A stretch of 64,000 nt of DNA from an uncultured Solirubrobacteraceae bacterium (GCA_963838655.1 CAWIRW010000018.1:83397-147396), one strand, 5' to 3'. Positions 1 through 8,978 are shown, numbered from the stretch's first letter. The notes: generated by a model from the letters alone, not told the origin. Numbers and translations are program-made.

Positions 1-840
1 AGGGATCCGGGGAGCTCGTCGAGCTTCACCCAGGACGCGCTCCGGACGCTCGTCGAGGCCTCGCTCGCGCTGATCCTGATCGTCGTGATCAGCGTCTACA
101 TGCTGCTCTACGGCGAGCGCATCGGGGCCGCGGTGCGGTCGGTCGTCCCACGCGGGGACGGCACGCCGGAGGACGACTACCCGACCCGGATCCAGCGCGC
201 GGTGTTCGGCTACGTGCGCGGCCAGCTGCTGTTCTCGCTGATCATGGGCACGAGCGCGGGCGTGCTGCTGTGGGTGATCGGCTCGCTCGGCATCTTCCCG
301 GACGGCAAGACGTACGCGATCTTCTTCGGCGCCTGGTACGGGTTCGCGGAGCTGATCCCGTACGTCGGGCCGGCGATCGGCGCCGCGCCGCCCGTGCTGA
401 TCGCGCTCTTCAGCGGCGAGCCGCTCGACGCGCTGTGGCTGACGATCGCGTTCACCGCGCTGCAGCAGATCGAGGGCCACATCGTCGCGCCGACGGTGTT
501 CTCGCAGGCGCTGCGCATCAACCCGCTGCTGGTGATCTTCGCGCTCCTGCTCGGCGGCCAGATCTACGGCTTCATCGGCGCGTTCATCTCGCTGCCGCTG
601 GCCGCGATCGTGCGCGAGAGCGTCGTCTACTTCCGGCGCCACCTGATCTTCGAGCGCTGGGACCTTCCGTCGGCGGCCGACCCGGGGGTGGGTGGGGACT
701 TACTCCCGCCGGCGCCGTCACCGCGCTGTCCCGAGTGCGGGGCGCCCCGCCGCCCGGGCGCGACCGCCTGCCCGTCCTGCGGCACCGAGCTGGGGGAGGC
801 GGACGCCCAGGCGGCCGCATCCTCGACCGCGCCCCGCTAG
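1..840 (+). CDS. AI-2E (PerM/UPF0118) family transporter, 5' end outside window
   Basis: The frame is open from nt 1 and continuous with listed ORF 85..840. Multi-TM hydrophobic sequence with the family-typical block QQIEGHIVAPTVFSQAL...GAFISLPLAAI. Extra C-terminal CPEC...CPSC zinc-ribbon-like tail. Confidence 0.7.
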   Translation, partial: RDPGSSSSFTQDALRTLVEASLALILIVVISVYMLLYGERIGAAVRSVVPRGDGTPEDDYPTRIQRAVFGYVRGQLLFSLIMGTSAGVLLWVIGSLGIFPDGKTYAIFFGAWYGFAELIPYVGPAIGAAPPVLIALFSGEPLDALWLTIAFTALQQIEGHIVAPTVFSQALRINPLLVIFALLLGGQIYGFIGAFISLPLAAIVRESVVYFRRHLIFERWDLPSAADPGVGGDLLPPAPSPRCPECGAPRRPGATACPSCGTELGEADAQAAASSTAPR

Positions 841-1527
841 ATGCGGGCGGAGGCGATCGTCAAGCGCTACGGCGCGAGTGAGGCGCTGCGCGGCGTGTCG
901 TTCGACGTCGCCGCCGGGGAGAAGGTCGCGGTCATCGGGCCCAACGGCGCCGGCAAGACGACGCTGCTGCAGATCCTCGCGGGCGCGCTCGCGCCGACGT
1001 CCGGGACCGTGTCGCTCGACGCCGGCGAGGTCGGCTGGGTCCCCCAGCACCCGGCGCTCTACTCGAAGCTCTCGGTCGCCGAGAACCTGCGGCTGTTCGC
1101 ACGGCTCGAGCACGTGGCGGACGTCGAGCGGACGGTCGAGCGGATGCTCGAGCAGACCGACCTGCGCGAGCGCGCGGGCGACGAGGTCAGCCGGCTGTCG
1201 GGCGGCAACCGCCAGCGCGTGAACATCGCGCTCGGGCTCCTGGCCGAGCCGGCGGTGCTGCTGCTCGACGAGCCGTCGGCCTCGCTCGACCCGCGCCAGC
1301 GCGACCGGCTGTGGCAGTTCCTGGCGGCGCTGGGCACCACGGTGCTCTTCTCGACCCATGACGTCGGCGAGGCCGAGCGGCACGCCGACCGGCTGCTCGT
1401 GCTCGCGGACGGCGAGCTGCTGTTCACCGGCACGCCGGCTGAGCTGGAGACGGCCACCGGCGCCACGGCCGCGGCGCCCGACTTCGAGACCGCCTTCGTC
1501 CGCTTCCTCCACGAGCGGGGTCACTGA
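841..1527 (+). CDS. ABC transporter ATP-binding protein (ABC-2 exporter type)
   Basis: Walker A GPNGAGKT, signature LSGGNRQR, Walker B LLLDEP. The ATG directly follows the upstream stop. Confidence 0.9.
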   Translation: MRAEAIVKRYGASEALRGVSFDVAAGEKVAVIGPNGAGKTTLLQILAGALAPTSGTVSLDAGEVGWVPQHPALYSKLSVAENLRLFARLEHVADVERTVERMLEQTDLRERAGDEVSRLSGGNRQRVNIALGLLAEPAVLLLDEPSASLDPRQRDRLWQFLAALGTTVLFSTHDVGEAERHADRLLVLADGELLFTGTPAELETATGATAAAPDFETAFVRFLHERGH

Positions 1528-1531
1528 CCGC

Positions 1532-2836
1532 GTGCGCTGGCTGCTGCTCAAGGACCTCCAGATCCTGCGCCGCTCGCCGCTGCTCGTCGCGCTGCTCGTG
1601 ATCTACCCGGTGGTGATCGCGGTGCTGTTCGGGCTCGCGCTCTCCGGCGGCCCGGACAAGCCGCGAGTGGCGTTCGCCAACCTCGTGCCGCCGGGCGAGA
1701 GCGAGTTCTCGGTCGGCGGGCGCACGCTCGACGCCGCCGACTACGCCGGGCGCCTGTTTTCCGAGATCGACCCGATCATGGTGTCCTCGCGCGAGGAGGC
1801 GATCGAGAAGGTCCGCTCGGGCGACGCGCTGGGCGCGCTCGTGCTGCCCGAGGACGCCACGGAGCGCCTGCGGGCGACGCTCGGGCTCGGCGGCGGCGAC
1901 CGGCCCACGGTCGAGGTCTACTACAACGCCGAGGACCCGGTGAAGCGGCGCTTCGTCGAGGCGACGATCGAGGCCCAGCTGGCCGAGGCCAACGACGCGC
2001 TGTCGGACGCCGTGCTGCGCGAGGCGGCGCGCTACATCGACGTGATCGTGCGCGGCGGCGACGTGGAGCTGCCGCTCGTGGGCGCGATCGAGATCCTCGG
2101 GCTCGAGCGCTCGCGCGCGATCATCGACAGCGTCGCCCAGGGCCTGCCGCGCGGTGCGCCCGAGCGGGTCGCGCTCGAGCAGGTCTCGCGGTTCGCGCGC
2201 CTGGCGGGCGAGAACCTCGACGTCTCACAGCCGATCCTGGCGTCGATCGGCTCGCCGGTGGAGGTCGACCAGACCGTGGTCAACGGCAGCCGCACGTCGC
2301 TCGACGCGTTCGCGGTCGCCGTGGCCGTCGCCGTCTCGCTGATGCTCGTCACGCTGCTGCTCGCGGCCGGCCTGCTCGCGCTCGAGCGTGAGGAGCAGAC
2401 TTTCTCGCGGCTGGTCCGCGGGCTGGTTTCGCGGACGTCGCTGCTGCTGGAGAAGGTCGTGCTCAGCGCACTGTGCGCGCTCGCGGTCACGCTGCTGATG
2501 CTGTTCGGACTGGCGGCGTTCGTCGGGCTCGACTGGAGCCGCGTGCCGGCCTGGCTGGCGGCGCTGGCCGGCGGTGCGATCGGCTTCGCGGCCATGGGCG
2601 TCGCCATCGGCGGGCTGGCGCGCGAGGTGCGCGCCGCGTCGCTGCTCGCGATCCTGCTCGCGCTCCCGATCGTGTTCCTCGGGCTCGTGCCGTCGGGCAG
2701 CGTGAGCCCGGCGCTCTACGACGCGGTCAACGTCGCGTCGGGGCTGTTCCCCTTCAAGCCGTCGCTGCGCGCGCTCGACGGCGCGATCAACGGCGGGGAG
2801 CTGCTGCGTGCCGATTCTGCACCTGCTCGCGACTGA
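1532..2836 (+). CDS. ABC-2 family transporter permease
   Basis: In-frame GTG at 1532, just after the ATPase stop. N-terminal LLKDLQILRRSPLL, then a large loop followed by several C-terminal TM helices. The part of listed ORF 1358..2836 upstream of 1532 overlaps the ATPase gene out of frame. Confidence 0.75.
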   Translation: MRWLLLKDLQILRRSPLLVALLVIYPVVIAVLFGLALSGGPDKPRVAFANLVPPGESEFSVGGRTLDAADYAGRLFSEIDPIMVSSREEAIEKVRSGDALGALVLPEDATERLRATLGLGGGDRPTVEVYYNAEDPVKRRFVEATIEAQLAEANDALSDAVLREAARYIDVIVRGGDVELPLVGAIEILGLERSRAIIDSVAQGLPRGAPERVALEQVSRFARLAGENLDVSQPILASIGSPVEVDQTVVNGSRTSLDAFAVAVAVAVSLMLVTLLLAAGLLALEREEQTFSRLVRGLVSRTSLLLEKVVLSALCALAVTLLMLFGLAAFVGLDWSRVPAWLAALAGGAIGFAAMGVAIGGLAREVRAASLLAILLALPIVFLGLVPSGSVSPALYDAVNVASGLFPFKPSLRALDGAINGGELLRADSAPARD

Positions 2837-2900
2837 GCCGCGGCGTTCTTCGTGATCGCGCGCGTGGCCGTCCGCAGGTTCGGCTGACCTGACGTCGGAA

Positions 2901-2927
2901 GGTCGCCGGGTGGGGTTTCCGGCGACC
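2901..2927 (+). terminator. perfect 9-bp GC hairpin downstream of the permease gene
   Basis: GGTCGCCGG (2901-2909) pairs with CCGGCGACC (2919-2927) around a 9-nt loop, 65 nt after the stop at 2836. There is no U-tract, so terminator function is inferred only. Confidence 0.35.
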
Positions 2928-2940
2928 GGAGGGCGAAACC

Positions 2941-2953
2941 TATTATCTCGTTG
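2941..2953 (+). promoter_or_regulatory. candidate -10 box TATTAT for a leaderless hemB mRNA
   Basis: TATTAT at 2941-2946 lies 6 nt upstream of the hemB GTG (2953). No Shine-Dalgarno sequence lies in between. This TANNNT-plus-6-7-nt geometry is typical of leaderless actinobacterial genes. Confidence 0.3.
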
Positions 2954-3924
2954 TGTTCCCTGCGACCAGACTCCGGCGGCTCCGCCGCACCGGCCTCCTG
3001 CGCGGCCTGGTGCGCGAGACCGAGCTGTCGGTCTCCCACCTGATCCTCCCGATGTTCGTGGTGGCCGGCGGGGAGCGACGCACGCCGATCCCGTCGCTGC
3101 CCGGCGTCGACCATCTCTCGATCGACGGCGCCGTCGAGGAGGCCGGGATCGCCGCCGCGCTCGGCATCCCGGGCGTGCTGCTGTTCGGCCTGCCGGCCGA
3201 CAAGGACGAGCAGGGCTCGGGCGCGTGGGACGACGAGGGCGTCGTCCAGCTCGCCACGCGCGCGATCAAGGCCGCGCACCCCGACCTGCTGGTCATCACC
3301 GACCTCTGCCTGTGCGAGTACACGAGTCACGGGCACTGCGGCGTGCTGCGCGCGGACGGCGTCGTCGACAACGACGCCACGCTCGACCTGCTCGCACGCA
3401 CGGCGGTCGCCCAGGCCGAGGCCGGCGCCGACGCGGTGGCGCCGAGCGACATGATGGACGGCCGCGTGGGGGCGCTGCGGGCCGCGCTCGACGAGCACGG
3501 CCTCGCCGAGACACCGATCATCGCCTACAGCGCGAAGTTCGCGTCCGCCTTCTACGGGCCGTTCCGCGAGGCCGCCGGCTCCGCCCCGCAGACCGGTGAC
3601 CGGCGCGGCTACCAGATGGACCCCGCCAACGCGCGCGAGGCGCTGCGCGAGGTGGCGCTCGACGTCGCCGAGGGCGCCGACGTCGTGATGGTCAAGCCCG
3701 CGCTCCCGTACCTCGACGTGATCCGGCGCGTTCGCGAGAGCACCGACGCGCCGGTTGCCGCGTACAACGTGAGCGGCGAGTACGCGATGGTCAAGGCGGC
3801 CGCCGCGCAGGGGCTGATCGACGAGCGCGCGGCCGTGCTCGAGGCCCTGACCGGCATCCGGCGTGCCGGAGCCGACATCGTGATCACCTACCACGCGAAG
3901 GACGTCGCGCGATGGCTTCCCTGA
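2953..3924 (+). CDS. hemB: porphobilinogen synthase (delta-aminolevulinic acid dehydratase)
   Basis: N-terminal RLRRLRR...LILPMFV, zinc-type cysteine cluster DLCLCEYTSHGHCG, and the Schiff-base lysine context VVMVKPALPYLD. Confidence 0.93.
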   Translation: MFPATRLRRLRRTGLLRGLVRETELSVSHLILPMFVVAGGERRTPIPSLPGVDHLSIDGAVEEAGIAAALGIPGVLLFGLPADKDEQGSGAWDDEGVVQLATRAIKAAHPDLLVITDLCLCEYTSHGHCGVLRADGVVDNDATLDLLARTAVAQAEAGADAVAPSDMMDGRVGALRAALDEHGLAETPIIAYSAKFASAFYGPFREAAGSAPQTGDRRGYQMDPANAREALREVALDVAEGADVVMVKPALPYLDVIRRVRESTDAPVAAYNVSGEYAMVKAAAAQGLIDERAAVLEALTGIRRAGADIVITYHAKDVARWLP

Positions 3925-4976
3925 AGGTCCGCTCGCGCCGCGACGGGGCCGCGATCCCGCTCGACGAGGCGGACAAGAAGCTCCTCAACCTGATGCAGGG
4001 CAGCTTCGCGCTCACCACGCGGCCATTTGCCCACGTGGCCGGCCTCGCCGGGCTGACCGAGGACGAGGTGCTGGCGCGCGTCGCGCGGCTGCTCGACAAG
4101 CGGATCATCCGCGAGATCACGCCGATCTTCGACACGCGGGCACTCGGCTACCAGTCGATGCTCGTGGCCGCCAAGGTCGACTCAGGCAACCCGCACCGGG
4201 CGGCCAAGGTCATCAACTCGCACCCGGGCGTGACCCACAACTACCTGCGCAACCACGACTTCAACCTGTGGTTCACGATCGCCACCGAGCCCGATTCGCC
4301 GCTGGGGCTGCAGGGGACGCTCGACCTCCTCCAGGCCGAGACCGGCGCCGAGTCGATCCGCCAGCTGCCGACGCTCAAGCTCTTCAAGATCCGCATGGAC
4401 CTCGAGATGGAGGCCGGGACCGACGCGCTGGCGACCGCCGGCGAGGTGGTCGAGCCGCGCGAGCTCGACCCGATCGAGCTGTCCGACGAGGACGTCGAGA
4501 CGATCCGCGGCACCCAGGGCCCGATGCCGGTGGTGAGCGAGCCGTACGCGCCCGCCGCCGAGCGGCTCGGCACCTCCCAGGAGGAGGTCCTGCGGCGACT
4601 CGGCTCGCTGCAGGAGCGCGCCGCCCTGCGTCGCGTGGCCGCGATCCTCTTCCACCGCCGCGCGGGCTTCTCCGCCAACGGCATGGGCGTCTGGAAGGTG
4701 CCCGAGGACGAGGTGCTGGAGACCGGCAAGCGGATGGCCGCGTTCCGCGGCGTGTCGCACTGCTACCAGCGGCCGACGTACGCGGACTGGCCGTACTCCG
4801 TCTTCACGATGGCCCACGGGCGCTCGAAGGAGGAGTGCGACGCGATCCTCGACTCGATCGCCGAGACGACCGGGATCAGCGAGCGGGCGACGCTGTACTC
4901 CTCGACCGAGTTCAAGAAGGTGCGGATGCTCTACTTCACCCCCGCCTTCCGGCGGTGGGAGGAGGAACACAGCTGA
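3912..4976 (+). CDS. two-domain Lrp/AsnC-like siroheme decarboxylase homolog (fused AhbA/AhbB or NirD/NirL type)
   Basis: Two tandem halves, each with an HTH-like N-terminus and a NirD/AhbA-like C-terminus (LLNLMQGSF...RIIREITPIFDTRALGYQSMLVAAKV, then ...AILFHRRAGFSANGMGVWKV...VSHCYQRP). Overlaps the hemB stop by 13 nt. Confidence 0.7.
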   Translation: MASLKVRSRRDGAAIPLDEADKKLLNLMQGSFALTTRPFAHVAGLAGLTEDEVLARVARLLDKRIIREITPIFDTRALGYQSMLVAAKVDSGNPHRAAKVINSHPGVTHNYLRNHDFNLWFTIATEPDSPLGLQGTLDLLQAETGAESIRQLPTLKLFKIRMDLEMEAGTDALATAGEVVEPRELDPIELSDEDVETIRGTQGPMPVVSEPYAPAAERLGTSQEEVLRRLGSLQERAALRRVAAILFHRRAGFSANGMGVWKVPEDEVLETGKRMAAFRGVSHCYQRPTYADWPYSVFTMAHGRSKEECDAILDSIAETTGISERATLYSSTEFKKVRMLYFTPAFRRWEEEHS

Positions 4977-6256
4977 CCACCTCGATCTCCGACGTCCGCT
5001 CCGCCGAGCTCTACCGGCGGGCGGTCAACGTGTTGCCCGGCGGGGTGAACTCGCCGGTGCGCGCGATGCGCGCGATCGGCCGCGACCCGATCTTCATCGA
5101 CCGCGCCGAGGGCGCCGAGCTGATAGACGTCGACGGCAACACGTACGTCGACTACGTCTGCTCGTGGGGCCCGCTGATCCACGGGCACGCGCACCCGGAC
5201 GTCCTCGCAGCCGTGGTGAACGCGGCGGCGCGCGGGACGACGTTCGGCGCCCCGACGGCCGGCGAGGTCGAGCTCGCCGAGCTGGTGTGCGCCCGCATGC
5301 CGGCGGTCGACGTGCTGCGCATGACCTCCTCGGGCACCGAGGCGGCGATGAGCGTCGTGCGGCTCGCGCGCGCCGCCACCGGGCGCGACACCGTGCTCAA
5401 GTTCGCGGGCGCCTACCACGGCCACGTCGACGGGCTGCTCGCGCAGGCCGGCTCCGGCCTCGCCACGCAGGGCATCCCCGCCTCGCCGGGCGTGCCCGCC
5501 GCGGCCGCGGCGCAGACGATCGTGGTGCCGTGGAACGACGAGGCCGCCCTGCGTGCCGCGTTCGCCGAGCACGAGCTCGCCGCCGCGCTGTGTGAGCCCT
5601 ATCCGGCCAACATGGGGCTCGTCCCGCCCGCGCCCGGCTTTCTCGAGCTGCTGCGCGAGCTGTGCACCGCCTCCGGCGCGCTGCTGGTGTTCGACGAGGT
5701 CATCACCGGCTTCCGGATCGCCCGCGGCGGTGCCCAGGAGCTGTGCGACGTGCTGCCCGACCTGACGGTCATGGGCAAGGTGCTGGGCGGGGGCCTTCCG
5801 GCCGCCGCCTACGGCGGGCCGGCGTCGCTCATGAACCTCGTGGCGCCCGCCGGCGACGTCTATCAGGCGGGCACGCTGAGCGGCAACCCGCTGGCCGTGG
5901 CCGCCGGCCGGGCCACGCTCGAGCGGCTCGACGAGCAGTCCTACCTGACGCTGTCGAGCATCACGGCCGAGCTCGCCGACGGCCTGCGCGAGGCAGCGGC
6001 CGGGTGGCCGGTCTCCGTCACCCACACGACCGGGCTGCTGACGGTCTTCTTCGCCGAGCAGGCGCCCACCGACTACGCGGGTGCGGCCGCCTGCGACACC
6101 GAGGCCTACGGTGCCTGGTGCCGCGCGCTGCTGGCACGCGGCGTCTACCCGCCGCCGTCGCAGTTCGAGGCCTGGTTCCCGTCGCTCGCCCACACGAGCG
6201 AGCAGGTCGCCCGCACGGTCGAGGCCGCGGCGGCCGCCTTCAGCGAAATCGCATGA
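4973..6256 (+). CDS. hemL: glutamate-1-semialdehyde 2,1-aminomutase
   Basis: LPGGVNSPVRAMRAIG near the N-terminus and the PLP-lysine context MGKVLGGGLPAAAYGG. The start is proposed at CTG 4973 (CTGA overlap with the upstream stop, GGGAGGAGGA 6 nt upstream) and is uncertain. Confidence 0.88.
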   Translation: MTTSISDVRSAELYRRAVNVLPGGVNSPVRAMRAIGRDPIFIDRAEGAELIDVDGNTYVDYVCSWGPLIHGHAHPDVLAAVVNAAARGTTFGAPTAGEVELAELVCARMPAVDVLRMTSSGTEAAMSVVRLARAATGRDTVLKFAGAYHGHVDGLLAQAGSGLATQGIPASPGVPAAAAAQTIVVPWNDEAALRAAFAEHELAAALCEPYPANMGLVPPAPGFLELLRELCTASGALLVFDEVITGFRIARGGAQELCDVLPDLTVMGKVLGGGLPAAAYGGPASLMNLVAPAGDVYQAGTLSGNPLAVAAGRATLERLDEQSYLTLSSITAELADGLREAAAGWPVSVTHTTGLLTVFFAEQAPTDYAGAAACDTEAYGAWCRALLARGVYPPPSQFEAWFPSLAHTSEQVARTVEAAAAAFSEIA

Positions 6257-6717
6257 TGAGGCGAACCGGCTCGCTCGAACGCCTCGCCGACGAGGTCCGC
6301 GCGGGCGGCGGGCTGCTCGCCGGCGCGGTCGCGCCCACCGGGTCGGGCACGCGCGTCGCGGTGTCGGGCGAGCGCACGGCAGCCCACGAGGCGGAGTACG
6401 AGCTGCTCGTCGAGGCGATCCGCGAGGGCTACCTCCTGCACTACGCGGCAGGGCGCGTGATCCGCTCGGACGATCCCGACCTCGCGCTGCTGGCCGGCGA
6501 CCGCCTGTACGCGCTCGGGCTCGCCCGCCTGGCCGAGCTGGGCGACCTCGAGGCGGTGGCCGAGCTCGCCGACGTGATCTCGCTCACCGCCCAGGCGCAC
6601 GCCGAAGGCGACCCCGAGCGCGCGGGCGCCGTGTGGGAAGCGGGCGCGCGCGCCGTTGGCGAGGGTCCGCCCCCGGACCACGAGGCCAGGAAGGCCGCGT
6701 GGCGGGGCGCCCGGTAG
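6253..6717 (+). CDS. hypothetical protein (154 aa), translationally coupled to hemL
   Basis: ATGA overlap with the hemL stop and strong G/C third-position bias. I recognise no family motif. Confidence 0.6.
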   Translation: MMRRTGSLERLADEVRAGGGLLAGAVAPTGSGTRVAVSGERTAAHEAEYELLVEAIREGYLLHYAAGRVIRSDDPDLALLAGDRLYALGLARLAELGDLEAVAELADVISLTAQAHAEGDPERAGAVWEAGARAVGEGPPPDHEARKAAWRGAR

Positions 6718-6864
6718 GCCGGGCGACCCCCCGCCTGCAGCCTCCGGGTCGATAATCTTCGCCTCGTCCGTGCCCCAGCCACGTCGCACACCGAAGTCCA
6801 AGTACACGGCGGACCGGCTGATCCCGGGTCGTTCGAGGGAGAGACCGTCACGCGCCGGCGCCTG

Positions 6865-7452
6865 ATGGGGCTCGCGGTCCAGGCGGGCGGCGGGATCGCC
6901 GTCGCCGCCTTCACCCTCCCCGCGCTCGGCTTCGCGGTCGGCTCGGCGGTCTTCGAGCGCCCACCGGCTACCTGGGAGGCCGTCGGGGCGCCTGACGAGT
7001 TTCCCGACGACACGTACATCCCCAAGGTCATTACGACGACACAGGGCATCGGCGAAGTCGGCAAGACGACGGTCTACCTGCGCGCCTACAACTCCGACAT
7101 CGACGGAGAGAAGGACCCGGACATCCCGGGCGGCGGCGACTTCATCGCGCTGTCGACACGCTGCATGCACCTCGGCTGCCCCGTCCGTTTCGTCGAGGCC
7201 TCGGCGCGCTTCATCTGCCCGTGCCACGGCGGCGTCTACGACTTCACGGGCAGCGTCTCCGGCGGCCCGCCGGTGCGCCCGCTCGACCGCTTCTACACGC
7301 GCGTGCGCAACGACATCGTCGAGGTCGGGCCGCGCTACTCGGTCAACTCGGAGTTCACCCGCTTCCCGAGCTACCGCGACCCCGCGCAGCCGCTCGACGG
7401 CATCGGCCAGTACGTCTACCCCGGGCGCTTCTCGACGCCCAAGCTGGACTAG
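6865..7452 (+). CDS. qcrA: Rieske 2Fe-2S subunit of menaquinol-cytochrome c reductase (N-terminus probably longer)
   Basis: CMHLGCP...CPCHGG Rieske boxes. A twin-arginine motif TRRRL is encoded in frame immediately upstream of the listed ATG, so the true start lies upstream (see findings). Confidence 0.85.
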   Translation: MGLAVQAGGGIAVAAFTLPALGFAVGSAVFERPPATWEAVGAPDEFPDDTYIPKVITTTQGIGEVGKTTVYLRAYNSDIDGEKDPDIPGGGDFIALSTRCMHLGCPVRFVEASARFICPCHGGVYDFTGSVSGGPPVRPLDRFYTRVRNDIVEVGPRYSVNSEFTRFPSYRDPAQPLDGIGQYVYPGRFSTPKLD

Positions 7453-7454
7453 CC

Positions 7455-8251
7455 ATGCCGAAGCTGCCGAAGCTCCCGCTGCCGTCCGGTCTGCCCCGCG
7501 GCCGCGCCGCCCCGGCGAGGTCGAGAAGGTCAAGCCGCTCGACCAGGCCAAGGAGGCCGGGATCCACGCGGCGGACTGGGTCGACGAGCGCACGTCGATC
7601 TCCGCCGGCCTGCGCTGGGTCATGTTCCGCAAGGTGCCGAAGGGCACCAACTGGTTCTACACGCTGGGCTCGGCGACGCTGTTCGCCTTCCTCTCGCAGG
7701 CGGTCACCGGCGTGTTCCTGGCCATGTACTACAACCCGTCGGCGACCGACGCGTACGAGTCCACGCGCCGCATCACGAACGAGATCTTCCTCGGCGAGTT
7801 CGTGCGCGGGATGCACAAGTGGGGATCGACCGTGATGGTCATCTTCATCTTCCTGCACATGGCGCGGGTGTTCTTCTTCGGCGCCTACAAGTACCCGCGC
7901 GAGCTGAACTGGATCATCGGCTTCGTCCTGCTCGTCCTCACGTTCGTGATGTCGCTTACGGGCTACCTGCTGCCGTTCGACCAGCGCTCCTACTGGGCGA
8001 CGATCGTGGCCGCCAACATCACGGCGTCCGGCCCGATCGTCGGCCCCTACCTGGGTGACTTCCTGCGCGGCGGGGCGGACTTCGGGGCGACGACGCTGTC
8101 GCGCTTCTACGCGATCCACATGCTGCTGGTCCCGGGGGCGATGGCGGCGTTGATCGGCGCCCACATCTACCTCGTGACACGGCTCGGGACGACCGCGCCG
8201 CCGTGGCTGAAGGTGGACGTCGACGAGTCCCTGCGCGAGGACCGGGTCTGA
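7455..8251 (+). pseudogene. qcrB: cytochrome b6-type subunit (QcrB), one apparent -1 frameshift near 7510-7515
   Basis: The 7622..8251 frame encodes DWVDERTSISAGLRWVMFRKVPKGTNWFYTLGS...GMHKWGSTVMVIFIFLH. The conserved DWVDER lies upstream of the listed ATG with no in-frame start. ATG 7455, 3 nt after the qcrA stop, is in the adjacent frame. Confidence 0.8.
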
Positions 8252-8252
8252 G

Positions 8253-8975
8253 ATGAACCAGGCCGAGAAGGAGGCCTATCTCCGCGAGTACTCGATCCTG
8301 AAGTCCAAGGGCAAGCCGTTCTACCCCTACGCGGTCGCCAAGGACTCGATCATGGCGGCGATTACGGTCCTGCTGATCGTCTTCATGTCGCTGATGTTCG
8401 GCGCCGAGCTGGGTCCGAAGGCGGACCCGACGACGACGACCTACGTGCCGCGGCCCGAGTGGTACTTCTTCTTCCTGTTCGAGCTCCTGCGCGTCGTCAA
8501 GCCGCCGGCGCTGACGCCGCTCGCGACGATCGGCATCCCGACGGTCTGCATGATCCTGCTGATCATGCTGCCGTTCATCGACCGCTCCCCGGAGCGGCGC
8601 CCGGAGCGGCGGCCGATCGCCATGCTCGCGGGCATCCTCACGATCGCCGCGATGGCCTGGCTGACCTACCTCGGCGCGTCGGCCGGCTCACCGAACGAGA
8701 TCGAGTATGAGGTGGCGGCGGAGTACGAGCCGGGCAAGCTCGTCGCGGCCCAGTCGGGCTGCCTGGCCTGCCACAAGATCGGCGAGAACGGCAACGATGG
8801 CCCAGGTCCGCATCTGACCGAGATCGGCGAGACGCTACCCGCGGCGGCGATTCGGCGCACGCTCGAGAACCCCACGGCTCCCATGCCCTCATACCGCGAG
8901 CTCCCCGAGGAGAAGAAGGCGGCGCTCGTGGCGTTCCTCTCGCAGCTCAAGGGCGAGCCCCAGGCCCCCGAGTAG
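8253..8975 (+). CDS. qcrC: cytochrome b C-terminal (subunit IV-like) domain fused to a c-type cytochrome (QcrC type)
   Basis: PEWYFFFLFELLR subunit-IV motif, three TM helices, then the CLACH heme-c site and PMPSY. Confidence 0.85.
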   Translation: MNQAEKEAYLREYSILKSKGKPFYPYAVAKDSIMAAITVLLIVFMSLMFGAELGPKADPTTTTYVPRPEWYFFFLFELLRVVKPPALTPLATIGIPTVCMILLIMLPFIDRSPERRPERRPIAMLAGILTIAAMAWLTYLGASAGSPNEIEYEVAAEYEPGKLVAAQSGCLACHKIGENGNDGPGPHLTEIGETLPAAAIRRTLENPTAPMPSYRELPEEKKAALVAFLSQLKGEPQAPE

Positions 8976-8978
8976 GGC

